Positions 1 through 12,000 of a DNA stretch of 64,000 nt are shown in pieces. Every line of letters starts with the position of its first letter. Position 1 is the first letter of the stretch. This stretch comes from Utricularia gibba (Eukaryota > Plantae > Magnoliophyta). The stretch covers positions 372,001-436,000 of the forward strand of contig NEEC01000002.1 in NCBI GenBank assembly GCA_002189035.1. The letters are read 5' to 3'. A program made the translations under genes and the position numbers. The notes under the pieces are model-generated. The model was not told the DNA's origin. It saw only the letters and a program-made list of their open reading frames with translations, and made no database searches.

Positions 1-49
1 AACTTATTTACAGCAATATCACTTGCCCAAGGGCTTTTTTTCCTTGTAG

Positions 50-1371
50 GTGTCTAGGATCCTCATGAAAACTGTTGCCCAGCTTGGAACTGGAAAGTTA
101 CTTGTTGGCACAATGGCGTACATGATGAGAATCGAGCGTCTGCTTCAGTGCCAATGTGCCGTTCAGCGAGGTTTGTAATCCTTTCCCAAAGGTAGCATTA
201 TATTCATTATTCCTGAAATGAAGCCTGCTAGCTGAATCTACTTCAGCAACGTAAAAATCACAGTAAAGGAAAACACCATTATTTTTACAGTCATGAGGTT
301 TCTGTACTTCTAGTTGCCATTTTCAAGCACAAATGCTTCCAAACTACCATACAATAAATCGGCTCATCTGAACTTCTGTATTACGAGATATAAACTCATG
401 CAGTGTAGAAGCACTTCTCTTCTTTTTCTTGTTCATAAATAGCTCTACGTGTATGATTCAAGTGAGGATTCATGCCCATCTTACTATCAGTTACCTGATC
501 TTTGTATTGTGTCTTGCAGCTGAGGATTGGTTGAAACCAACTCAGATACTCGAGGCATTTGAGGCTAGAGCTGCCAGAATGTCTGTTTCATGTGCCCAAG
601 AACTAAGTAAATTTTCTTCCCCTGAGGAAGGTATTGTTCTTTTCTCATTCACGAATAAGAAAGAAGGTGCTACTGTAAACTGGTTAGCCTCACTTATCCT
701 CTTATCCAGGCTTCGCGGAGTTGTCAGCTGATTTAGTTGAGGCTTCAACTGCTCACTGTCAGCTGATCATAGTATCCAAGTAAGATTCAGTCACATATTT
801 TGTTTCGAAGACAGATATCCAGATTTTACCCATCATTTTGTTACCAAATGCTTCAGGTGGAAGAACCAACTGATTTATGGTGTATCTGTGCCGCAGGTTT
901 ATCGAAAAGCTTCAACAAAATATTCCTGGTGAAGGTGTGAAGCAACAACTAGAAGCACTGTGTGGCATTTACAGCCTCTCCCTTGTTCACAAGCACCAAG
1001 GCGAGTTTCTTGCAACTGGGTATCTCACCCCCAAGCAGGCAGCTCTAGCAAACGATCAGCTGAGAGCACTCTACACCAAGGTATGTCTTCTAAATCAGAA
1101 ATTGGACCTTCTCATGAATCCACATTGTCACTAATGATGTCGAAATATGCACATCTCCCAGATTCGTCCCAATGCCGTCTCCCTGGTCGATGCTTTCAAC
1201 TACACTGATCACTTCCTCAGCTCCATATTGGGGCGCTATGATGGGAATGTCTACCCCAACCTGTACCAGGAAGCATGGAAGGATCCGTTGAATGACACTG
1301 TTGTGCCGGATGGGTATCACGAGTATGTGAGGCCACTGATCAAGCAGCAGCTGCTCTCTGCAAGACTGTAG
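50..1371 (+). CDS. ACX1: Peroxisomal acyl-CoA oxidase 1, 3' exons (5' part lies outside the window)
   Basis: Exons at about 50-170, 520-630, 711-780, 898-1080 and 1161-1371, with GT-AG ends. They translate to VSRILMKTVAQLG, AEDWLKP..EAFEARAARM, QLEALCGIYSL and IRPNAVSLVDAFNYTDHFLSSILGRYDGNVY. The protein ends in the PTS1-type tripeptide ARL*. Confidence 0.93.
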
Positions 1372-1720
1372 TCATTGTGATTAAGCCGAAGGTGGACTCA
1401 AGCTAAGCTCTCTGTGCTCTTGAATAAAATGAACCCTCTCTAGGCGCAAGTCTTATCTTTATCAAATGTTTCGTATTTTTAACAGGTTTTGCATGGAAAT
1501 AAACAGCATTATGCTTCTGTTTCTTTTCGTATCCAAATAACCTCTTTATTGCTTTTTTTTTTTTTCAAAACCACCAAAACCGGATTGATTCCCAGGAATA
1601 ACATGCAGAAGCTCGCAAATGTCCACAACACAGAACAAGGAAACAGGAGCAGATAACCCATCAGTAAAGGTGTTACCTCCAAAACTTGATGAAGGCCTTC
1701 AGTTTCAGAAGACCGGAGTG

Positions 1721-3613
1721 CTAACAAGCTGATCTTTTGGCTGCAAACGCGAAAGCAAATGCAGCCAAAATAGATGTTGCAGAAGAGAATGTAGCCCATA
1801 AGCTCGACCTCTTTTGAGCTCGACCAACGCATGTCTTGAGTGACTCGAGTTCTCGTCCCATCTCCTCCGTTTTCCTCTCTTCCCTCCTGAGAAAGTGGAC
1901 TATTGATTCCATTTCGACAGCGAACGGTTTCACCCCCTCGTCATTCACCTGAAAATGCACATCTTTCACGTCCCTTTTGCAAAAAGCTGCTGTGTTCTTC
2001 AACATTTTTAGAATCATCTCGGTCCGAGCATCAGCCAGTTCAACTTTAGCCTTCATTGATTGAGTCTCATTTCGGGCACCATTCATCATGTCTTCCACTG
2101 AACGCAATCCCATTTTCAGAGCCTCCAGTTGTCCTTTCAAATCTTCCTTTTCAGCAAAAATAACACCCCTTGCGGCTTCTGCTTCCCCTGCATCCTGGAT
2201 GCGTTGCTCAAGTTCAGCCACAAGGTCATTAATCTTCTTTTTCAAGTCCAAGACTTTCTGTTTCTCTCCATTCAAACATGTTATCATGTCATTCTTCTCA
2301 AATTCAAGATCCTCTATCTTGCACTTGTAGTCATTAATCTCACGTTCTAGACTCTTGATAAGTTCTGCGTCAGCCCAATGGCATTCTTCTAACTTGGAAA
2401 CACGAGTCTTTTGTTGAACTTCATGGTTTCGTAGCTCACCAACTTCTCTCTGCAGTCTAAAATTTTCCTCAAGCAGCATACCCTTGTCGTGTACCAGTTC
2501 TCCCACTTTGCCCTCCTCTTTGGCCAACTTCTCCACTGCTTTCTGTAAATCCATCTCCATTGCAGTTTTGCTCTCAGAAAGTTTCTTGGCTCTGTCCTCG
2601 GCCAATCTTTTTTCTGCTTCCAATTCATTGATCTCAGTCTCCATTTTCTTAAACCTTATATCACTCTCACCACACCTTTTTTTCATCTCAGCCAGACTTG
2701 CATCCAATTCTTTGCCCTTCCTCGTTAATTCATTCACCATCTCTGTGCGTTCACTAATGACATTCTCCAGAAACTCGTTCCTTTTCACAGCAACATCTCT
2801 CAGCTCTTCAATCCTCCTTTTGTTAATGACAGCGTTAGAAATTTCTCCTTTCAATTCTTCAATCAGCTGAGCTGCTTCCAATAGACTCTCCTTCAATGAA
2901 TCTCTTTCGTTTGTTAAAGACACAATACGCGCCTCCGTTTCTTTGTTCGATCTTGTTGCACTGTCGCAAGCCATCTGCAATCCTTCAATCTTTCCCAGAA
3001 AATCCCTATTTTCAGCCTCCAGGACAGACAAATTCTGTCTCAACTTCTCAAGCTCCTCAGTTTTTAAAGCAAGGGTCTCCCTAGTTCCTTCTCTCTCGCC
3101 AATAGCCTTGCTAGAAACATTCCTCTCATTTCTAAGAGACTTTTCAATCTCATCAATCTTAGCGTCCAGTCGCCCAATATTACGCTCCTTCAACTCATTC
3201 AGACTCTTCAGTTCTCGTGCTTCTGCCTCCAAAATCACCATCCTGTTTCCTATCAGTGCCGATTGCTCACCCATTTCAGAAGCCAAATACGAAGACATCA
3301 CGCTTTCTTCAATTTCATTCTCAATAATCTTGTACGCCAAATCAGAATTAAGACCCTCAACCCGCGAGTTCGCAAGACCTAACTCTTGTTCAAGAGACTC
3401 ATTAGAGAGAAGAAGTGATTCCACTTGCTGGCGGCGAGAGACCTCCGCGTTGAGCAGTCTCATGTTGAGGGATCTGAGCACCTCAAGTTTAGCGGCATCG
3501 GCATCGCAAACCGAATCTACCGCCGGCGACAACTCGTATTGGGCTCCAACGAATTCTTTTGCCGGTTCCTGTCGCCGTGCTTTCTGCCCCTCCGACATCT
3601 TCTTCTTCGCCAT
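1721..3613 (-). CDS. Intronless long coiled-coil protein with C-terminal hydrophobic tail anchor (paramyosin-like/PMD-like)
   Basis: Open ORF; likely start MAKKK at 3613. E/K/L-rich heptad character over about 580 aa, ending in WATFSSATSILAAFAFAFAAKRSAC* (TM segment plus basic tail). Confidence 0.8.
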   Translation of the reverse strand: MAKKKMSEGQKARRQEPAKEFVGAQYELSPAVDSVCDADAAKLEVLRSLNMRLLNAEVSRRQQVESLLLSNESLEQELGLANSRVEGLNSDLAYKIIENEIEESVMSSYLASEMGEQSALIGNRMVILEAEARELKSLNELKERNIGRLDAKIDEIEKSLRNERNVSSKAIGEREGTRETLALKTEELEKLRQNLSVLEAENRDFLGKIEGLQMACDSATRSNKETEARIVSLTNERDSLKESLLEAAQLIEELKGEISNAVINKRRIEELRDVAVKRNEFLENVISERTEMVNELTRKGKELDASLAEMKKRCGESDIRFKKMETEINELEAEKRLAEDRAKKLSESKTAMEMDLQKAVEKLAKEEGKVGELVHDKGMLLEENFRLQREVGELRNHEVQQKTRVSKLEECHWADAELIKSLEREINDYKCKIEDLEFEKNDMITCLNGEKQKVLDLKKKINDLVAELEQRIQDAGEAEAARGVIFAEKEDLKGQLEALKMGLRSVEDMMNGARNETQSMKAKVELADARTEMILKMLKNTAAFCKRDVKDVHFQVNDEGVKPFAVEMESIVHFLRREERKTEEMGRELESLKTCVGRAQKRSSLWATFSSATSILAAFAFAFAAKRSAC

Positions 3614-4511
3614 GGCAGATGAGAAAAAATGTGGACGTGGAGAAACTGCGATGCAGCGGAGGGGGAAGGTTTCAGTTTGTGAGGATTTCAAAATTCAAAC
3701 TGGCACCGTACCCATATTTAAAGAGTTGCCTTGCAAAAATAAAAACCGCTTTAATTTATTTTCATTAAAATATATTTGATAATTATCATAATTAAATACA
3801 AAATTATTATAATTACTTTTAATTAAATTCGAATATTTATTTTTAAATAAAAACATCTTATATTTACTGAATTCCAATATTTATTTAAAATCATGTATAA
3901 AACATGATTTTAAAAATCAGTAATAAGGTTTTTTTCATAAAATTAGTTATCGAATATGATTTTTTAACCTAAACAGACACACGGTAATGATCTTTGAATT
4001 ATATTAAAGAATAATAAAATTCAGTGAAATTATCAAATTAATTCACCACCTGGTTCTTCTTTATTGATGAAAATTGCAATCGAGGCATCTAAAATATACA
4101 GAAGAAAAAAAAGGCACGAAGGGGCATTATGGCGAACACCTAATGGACACGGCGGTTATTTTTTAAATCTATTTCTCTCCATTTCTATCACACACACCAT
4201 ATATAAAAAAATGCACATAGGGTGGATAAATTTATCACATAGTCAAATCACTGGATATTTTTCAAAAAAATTCATTATTTTTTGGAATGTTTTCCAAACA
4301 TTCATAAGAGATTTTTGGGTATATGCAAATACAATTTTCATTTTTAATTTAATTTTTAATACATAAAATCGTGGTTAAAACTGAAATCGCACGACTCGAT
4401 CATGGGTTTATGATTCAAGTTTTGAACCCAAAACCAGAATCGAATGATGATTTATGGAACATTGATTCAATGAAACCCATGGATTCAGAAGAATACACAA
4501 CAAAACTGGTC

Positions 4512-4688
4512 CTACAGATCATCGTCGTCTGGCTTGTTGGACTTGCGGTACCTTTCTTCCATACGCTTCGCGATGAGGAGGCCAGTGTTGAAGAGCTTGT
4601 GTACGTTGGGAACGTCGTAGGTCTGGGCTATGTACACTCCAAATCCAGTGCCCAGAACGAACGAGAAGCATCTCCTGATGACGCCCAT
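4512..4688 (-). CDS. STMP1: 58-aa short transmembrane mitochondrial protein (STMP1/DUF4535 family)
   Basis: Manual translation: MGVIRRCFSFVLGTGFGVYIAQTYDVPNVHKLFNTGLLIAKRMEERYRKSNKPDDDDL*. The G-x-Y-x-A-Q-x-Y-x-V-P-N motif is typical of the family. It falls below the ORF-track length cut-off. Confidence 0.8.
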   Translation of the reverse strand: MGVIRRCFSFVLGTGFGVYIAQTYDVPNVHKLFNTGLLIAKRMEERYRKSNKPDDDDL

Positions 4689-4929
4689 TGGAACTCTTAA
4701 CGGATCCTCAACGACGTGGTTTCAGAAATAGAAGGTGATGATCCCTTCCCCAAGAAAAAGGTGGAAAGCTTGCGCAACACGACAAGTATTTCAAAATAAT
4801 ATTCTTATTTTTTATAATCAATTATTTAATTATAATTATTTTTTGAAGACGAACATTTATTCCAATTATTAATTATTAAACACGGGGATAAAGATTAAAG
4901 ACAGAGAAGAGGGAAGAAGCATGGTGCAA

Positions 4930-5509
4930 CTAGAGGAGGGGCGGGCAGGTGAAGCCCGGCGGCGGGTTGAGCCCACAAGTAGCCAAGATCTGAACAGCCA
5001 AGGGGACGAAAATGTTGAGATTAAGGAGCTTCACTCTGATCACCGTGCACAGACACACCGCCGCTTCGACCTCCAGCAGGCCTTGGATCACCGGGCAGCA
5101 GATGTTCTCGATCGGGTTTCCGATGATGACATGCACCAGTCCCCCGAGGACATCCAGACACAACCCTAGTTTCAGAGCGTCGATCGGGCACGTGGGCGCC
5201 GCAGGTGGTGGCGGGGAGGTGGGGAGGGGCGGGGCGGTGGAGGCGGAGGCGTGATGGGGCGGGGCGGGGGCGGGGCGGGGGACGGTGGAGGTGGGTGGGG
5301 TTTGGGGGGACAGTGTGGAAGGGAGGGGCGGAGGGAGTGGGGCGGGAAGACGGCGGTGGGGGAAGTGGGCGGTGGGGTTTGGGGGGGCAGTGCGGCGGCG
5401 GCGCCGGGGGGAGAGAGGGGCACTTGTGGTGGCAGTCACAACCGCATGCATGAGCTGTGGCGAGGAAGCAAGTGGAGAGGAAGAGGATCGCCATAGCCAT
5501 GGAGCCCAT
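4930..5509 (-). CDS. Hybrid proline-rich protein (14 kDa DC2.15-like, 8CM domain), frameshifted in this sequence
   Basis: Signal peptide MGSMAMAILFLSTCFLATAHAC from 5509, HCPPKPH Pro-rich repeats, and C-terminal 8CM domain TCPIDALKLGLCLDVLGGLV..CCPVIQGLLEVEAAVCLCT..CGLNPPPGFTCP. The three parts lie in three different frames. Confidence 0.78.
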
Positions 5510-5879
5510 TGCTCTTTGGACCTGGGACAACGAAGAGACATGCATATAAAGATGCTGATTCTGCATTACCTTTTTGAGGGTACAACAGACAAAAAGCATT
5601 GTCTTTTGAGGTGATGCATATAAAGCCGCGTCGGACACCGCGACTCGGATTTTTGCCAAGTGGACTGCGAATTCTACCAACTTCGAAGCCCAGTCCGTGA
5701 CTCACTGGTTTTCTTACCTTGCTTTTTGTTTCTCCATGGTGTAATAAATTTACTTCAAAACAAATACAGATGGGGGCCATCAAAACTGGGGTGACATTAG
5801 AAGATGTCCAGGCTCATCTAGGGGAGTACAGGGTGTTGTCACCAACAATTCACTACCTGTATAAATGAAGCTGGGACCC

Positions 5880-8044
5880 TTAAACTGCACTCTTCTTGTT
5901 CCTGAAATTCTCCTTCATGGAAGCAAACTTTTTCTTACATTGAACAACTGTTTTCCCAGGCACTGCGGCTGCCACGCGTTCCCACCGCTGGTTCGTGTCC
6001 TTGGGAAAGGTTTTGAGAGCTTGAATCAGAGCCTTTTCCTGTACCTCAGACCAGGCATCCCCATCAGTCAAACGTGTGGCACCATTGTCTGCCTCGGTGT
6101 GAGCTGAGCCATTGCTTTTCTGACTATAGCTGGATGGCTCAGCATCAGATTCCGTTGCCTGACCATCGTTCCTTAGGCTCTTCATCAATCTGAACTTATT
6201 TTTACACTGATCCACAGTTTTTCCAGGAACCGCCGCCGCGATTCGTTCCCATGACCTTGTAGCTTCCTTGGAAGAAGATCTCAGAGCTTGCATTAGAGCA
6301 TTCTCCTGAGCCGTTGTCCATGTATCTTGATTGGAATTTGAAGGCATCTGATTAGTACCTGCATTAGCGTGACTGTGGGAACCTACAGATTCCTCAGCCA
6401 CATTGTTACCAGATTCTGTGAATATTTCTCCTCTTGTCGAAAGAGGAGACGCAATTGTGTGTGCTGGCTTCCTTTTCTCAAGGAAAGAGTCAAAAGCTTT
6501 AGTGGAATCAGGCTTCTGAAGAAGAACCGACTTTGTAGCCTTCAGAATTTCTTCAACAGACCTATTAGAACCGATATATTCAGATATCACCTCCCACCGG
6601 CGAGACGTTCCCTTGGGATATTTCTGCATTCCCTTCCGCAACAACTCGATCTCTTCCTTGCTCCACGGGGCTTCTGATTTTTGGGGACCACTGAGTACAG
6701 CGCCTCCTTTCATGGATATGGATCCATTCTGCAGGGAGTTGGAGTCTTCAATGTTTGGTTTCTTATCTTGGAGAAGCTTCTCCTTGAGGAATTTGGCTCT
6801 TTCTAATGCTTCTTTTCCTTCCATTTCATCACATAAACTCATGAGTTGGTCTTTATCAAGCGAAGAACAGGCGTGCTCCACATCATCATCGACTATACCA
6901 AGCAAGTTTTGAGACAAGATGGGATTGGCAAGTGCTCGAAGACGACTTCTCTCTTTTCGCAGCAGCTTTTTCTCTTTTTCCTTCAACTTCTTCTGATTCA
7001 AGGCAGTTTCAGCTGCCCTCCTTTCCTCCTCCTCTTTTCGAAGCCTTTCCTCATTAGCAATTCTAGCTGCTTCTTCTTCGAGCAGTCTTTTAGCCTGAAG
7101 CTTTGCTTCCTTCTTCCTCTGCTTATCAGCTTTCTGTTCCTCTTTTCTCCTCAAGATTCGTGGATCTCTTTTATATGCATTGTCAACAAGGGTGCGCAAG
7201 CGTGCATAATCCTCCTTTCTTGCTTTCTCAGATAGTTTTGCGTTTTGCCTTTCCATCCACCTCTTATGGTCCCGGGACTCAGCTTGCTCAAGGTCAAACT
7301 CATCTGCATGAGGGAATTCCCTCCAGCTCTTGAAATTGTACCAGAAATCATAAAAGCTATCAACTTCTTCAATAGGCATATTATCATCCCCTAACATGGG
7401 AACTGGCTGGTTGACAGACCACCGCCCATTCCTCAAAAATGCCGATCCATATATCTTAAAAAAATCCACTGGTTCACAATCATATGGAATTTCATCATCA
7501 AACTCGTCGGTGGAATCATATATTCTTCTTCTCAGAGGGTCCATCAGGACCTCATATGCTTCTTTAATGGCTTTGAAATCGCTGTCTATCTTATCCTTCT
7601 TTTCCTGCTTAGCAGCCTCTGTTTCCTCAGCCAGACAAGAGCACCCTGTTTGTCAGGATGAAGCCTCAGAGCAGTCTCACGGTAACTCTTTTTTATCTGA
7701 TCCTCAGTTGCAAGATACCTCAAATGACCAAGACCCAGAAGGGCGTAATGATCCTGCTGCTTTGTTTCACCTGCAGACTTCTTATTCCCCTTGCTGCTGT
7801 ACGAATTATATGATTGAAAATAATAGCTTTCCTTCTCAGATGAGACATCCTTCCCATCATCCTCAGATTTAAGCACATCGACGTAATAACCCGACAACCT
7901 CAAAGCAGCAGAATGAAAAGCATGACCAGCAGGCTCAAACTTCGTTACCTTAACCGGAAAGGCATTAGAGGAAAAAAATATCGGTTCACCATCCACAATT
8001 TCCTCCAAATAGGTAATAAACAACATTTTTTTACAAGATCCCAT
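5880..8044 (-). CDS. ZRF1: DnaJ homolog subfamily C member 2 / zuotin-related factor (J-domain, RAC/zuotin region, SANT domains); one frameshift near 7635
   Basis: N-terminal ORF carries FEPAGHAFH and QQDHYALLGL..LHPDK. The downstream frame continues EETEAAK..FKAIKEAYEVLMDPLRRRIYDS, FYDFWYNFKSWREFP and SANT repeats. The CDS is intronless. Confidence 0.9.
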
Positions 8045-8487
8045 GAACAGCTCCTATGAAACTCCAGAACTATCAAGTAAGGATCAATTCGTCTGCCCTA
8101 CAATCAGAAAATAAAGCAACGTAAGAAAACCGCGCCTCAAACCAGAAAAAGTAACCCAAAACTATAGTGTATTCAAAAATCCGCGTACGGGAAAAATCGG
8201 AAAAGCATAGCACCCACGAGATAACATTTTTGGATAGTTCGCTGCATTGAATGAATCATACAGACCATATATAAAAAAGAATAGGAATCGTACACAAACC
8301 GTGAAACCTATATATCAACACGGGGATATTAGAGTATTGAATCAAATGCTTGATCGATAACTGGAGAAAGGCCTCCGGAGCCGGCGCCGCCGCCAACAAG
8401 CCAACCAAACTTAGGAGAACTTGTGCAGAAGGCGCAGAAGGAAATCGGAGGGAGGCAAATGGCAAGAGGGCAGAGAAGCTATTTAAA

Positions 8488-8555
8488 TGGGCTTCTATTG
8501 GCCCGGACGTAATGGACTTCACCACCAACTGTAATCCACAATCAACCAAACCCTA
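8488..8555. promoter_or_regulatory. Site II (TGGGCT) plus telo-box (AAACCCTA) upstream of ZRF1
   Basis: TGGGCT at 8488-8493 and AAACCCTA at 8548-8555. This pair is typical of plant translation and ribosome-associated gene promoters. Confidence 0.4.
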
Positions 8556-9085
8556 GATTACTCGATTATAACAGTTATTATATTATTATTTTACCAAATT
8601 TGTTTATTTTAATTCTTAGTTTATTCATCATATCAATTTATTTCTTTTAAAATAAAATTTACCATATTTTTTAAAAAATATAGTATATGTGGTGGGACCA
8701 CCACCAGAAGGTTTCATTTTTTTATATGTCCTCCATGTGGGCCCTCGAAATCAATTGATAAATTTTGGAAAAATTTTAGATTTTGAATTTGATCCAATAA
8801 CAATCCCATTGCTTGTGTTCGCCAAAAGCAAGTTCTGCAGTTGGAGGTGTCTGTGAATTGCGAAATCTGGGAGCTCGGACATTCTTCTGGCTTTTAGATC
8901 GTCTGTGCGTCGTCGACTTTGGACATATTCTTCAGAGGTGGGAGGGCATGCCGATCAAGAATTCGATTTTGTTTTTTTTTTTTCTATCCAACTTTTTTGT
9001 TTTAAGAGTCAAAAAGATGCTTCCGGTGTATGATGGTTGTGATGTCATTCATTGGGGGCTCCCGGATTAACAGGGAAAGGAAGAG

Positions 9086-12000
9086 ATGAGTTGGAGGAGG
9101 GTAGGCAAATCGCTGCAAGGGGTGGCTGCGCACAGTTTGCTTTTCTCTTTTACGCTTTTCCTCGTTCTGAAGCTTGATCACCTTGTTTCTTATTCTTGGT
9201 GGTATGCCTTGCTTCCTCTTTCTCATGCTCTTATATTATTATTATTTTTTTCCGCTTTGTATGTGATATGCAGCATTTTTTCTGGTGGTATTGAAACTTC
9301 CAATTTGGTTGTTTTGTGGAGTGCGGTGTGAAAAGTTACCATCTTTCCTGGTGCCTGGGCTGGTCTCATAGGCTTCATTTTTCATGTTGATTTTATCGTA
9401 CATAGCTTGTTCTGTGAGTGGCGTTGCCATGCCGCAGTACTTTGAAAGTTGACTCTTATCTCTCTTCTTAGAAGCGTCATTTTGTATGGAAAATTATCCG
9501 GGTTCAAGGATGTTGAACTGAGTGGCAATCTAAATGGTGTAAAGGTAAATAATAATAATAATCATAACAGGTCATGTTTAGAGTCAATTGTCGCTGCTGC
9601 AGCAAAAGTGTAATTTTTTTTAAAAAAAATGTTAAATGAATTGCGACATGGCCAAATGCATTCCTAATGTTATGACTTGGTGATCCTGGTATTAATATTA
9701 GAAATATGCTTTTCAGCTGATTGAGTGAAAATACTCTCCATAAAGCAGAAACTTTGATTGGCGAATGCACTTAACTGCACGCTTCCTAGTTTTTGCATGC
9801 CCTCGTCATAGCATATTTAATGTGCTTGTTTGAATTTTCAGGGCCATTTTCGTTCCGTTGTGGCTATTTCATGGAGTTGCTGCCCATGGAAGATTCTCTC
9901 TGCCCGCCCCATCTATTCCTCATGGTCACCATGTAAGCGCTGGTTGCCTTTTGGTTTGAAAAACTTACAGTTTTAAATTTCTTCGGACTAATAGAGTCTC
10001 ATCCTTTTTGGAGAATTGAGAGTGCGCCATCCAATCTTAAATTTTTTGTTTATTTTGTTGGGAGTAGTGGGCCCCTTGCCATGCTGTGGTTGCTATGCCA
10101 CTGCTTGTTGCATTCGAACTGCTTCTTTGTATATATCTCGATGCTTTAAAAGGTAAGGAAGTGAATTATCTTCTTTCCCTCAAATACGGTACCGTACACA
10201 TCAAAAAAATCCATCTAAAGGTAAGTTAGGTAAAAAAAAAAAAAAAGTCCTAAAAATATTATAGACACTATTTTATTCCTTTCATCTAAGTGGCAGAGCG
10301 TGATGATTCGCAGTCACATTGTTGTTTTTGAGATTCGGTTGATTTCTACATGATGCAGATACTGCCTCTCCTGTAGTGGGCCTGAAAGTTGTGTTCCTAC
10401 CTCTGCTGGGTTTTGAAATTATCATTCTTATTGACAATATGAGGTGAATCTTTCACTTTCATAGCTTTAGGTTTTTTTTATCTTCATTTTTTAGAACATA
10501 TATGGTGTTTATTTAGGTTGTGAGTGTTGCTTTTTACGTGATCGAAGAGGACTAATCTCCATTTCTCTTCCAACATGCAATGTGAAATCTTAGGTTTTGA
10601 AAATTTTAATTGTAATTTGATGAGATTAATGCTCCCATGTGATCATTTATTTTAGTGACGTGGCTGAATCTACGTTTTCTTTCCCTTTAAACTCATTCTA
10701 GCGTATTCACTACCATGATTTACCTCGTTTTTACGAAGCAGAATGTGCAGAGCCTTTCTACCGGGAGATGATGAAAGCTTGAATGATGAAGCCATATGGG
10801 AGACAATGCCTGTAAGTGCTATTGTATAAATGATAAAGTGGGTCTCTTGTTTCCAGCCCTGAGCCTTTCTATAAGGGAAAACTCACTCTGATTACAGTAT
10901 TTCTTTAAGGAATAGCTCATTATTTTTTTTTGGCCTAAATTTAAAAAATCAATTGTGAATACAAGTTAATATAGCTGCTTTTATAATAGCTTCACAAGTA
11001 AATTCTGATTCCATCCCCAATTTTTTTTTTATTTTTTGGAAATGGGTCACTTTGCTTGAAGTTAATATAGCTGATGGACAAACTACAGTTGCTTATCACT
11101 GTGATTTTCTTGGAGCAGCACTTCTGGGTAGCAACTGCATTGCTATTCTTTCTTGCTGCTACAGTTCTCACTGTCTTGAAGATTAGCGGTTAGTTGTTTC
11201 CTCTCGTAGTTGCCCTGCCATTTTTTTTTTCTTTTTCAATTTCGAAAGGAAGCTCCACAGCTAGTTTTTTGTGTTATGGAAGTCATATGTCATTGTTTTT
11301 TCCATATTTTTTTCGATCCATTGGGTTGCTAAATTTCGTTTTACTGTCGTACTGAAACAATCAAATGAGATACATTAGTATCTATGGTTCTTTTCTGAAT
11401 CTAGTATATTTTCTGTCTTGCCATTGATGTACATAGACTATAAGGTTCACTAGTTCTGTCATGTGCCTCCTGCTTATGTGTTGTTTGTGGGAATACTTCG
11501 GTTTTTCATGTTCTTCTGTTTGAATATGTGGTAGGTGATGTTCCTGGTCTTGGATGGTGGGATCTGTTCATTAATATTGGGTATCTTGATCAATACCAAT
11601 ACAACTTATCCACAGTTAGTATTATGTGGGGCTTACACTTTCTCATACTTTGATGCTACCACAGAATTGGCGAATGCTTTGCATTTCTTGTTTGCACAAA
11701 ATGGTCTAATCCCATAATTCATAGAAATGGTCAAACAAGGGAAGAAGGTTCTTCTACAACAGTCAGATATGTAGATTGGAATACTGGCTTAGTAGTATCC
11801 AATGTGGGCAATTCAGACGATAGAATATGTGAATGGCAAGATATTGGTGGCCACATCATGAAAATCCTCATTGTTGTTTTCCAGATTCTTCTTTGTATGA
11901 GACTTGCGGTACCAATTTCTGAACCTTTTTTTTAAGTTATTGGTTCTTTCGAGGTTGAGGCTTCATGACTTGTAAACTACTTTATGAAGGGAACACCATC

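Noticed and set aside
2088-3779. Several long + strand ORFs (e.g. 2943-3779, 278 aa; 2484-2870) opposite the coiled-coil gene
   Set aside because: S/F/L-rich antisense shadows produced by the codon bias of the E/K-rich minus-strand CDS.
4371-4700. 109-aa + strand ORF
   Set aside because: It is antisense to the STMP1-like gene, which has the recognisable family motif.
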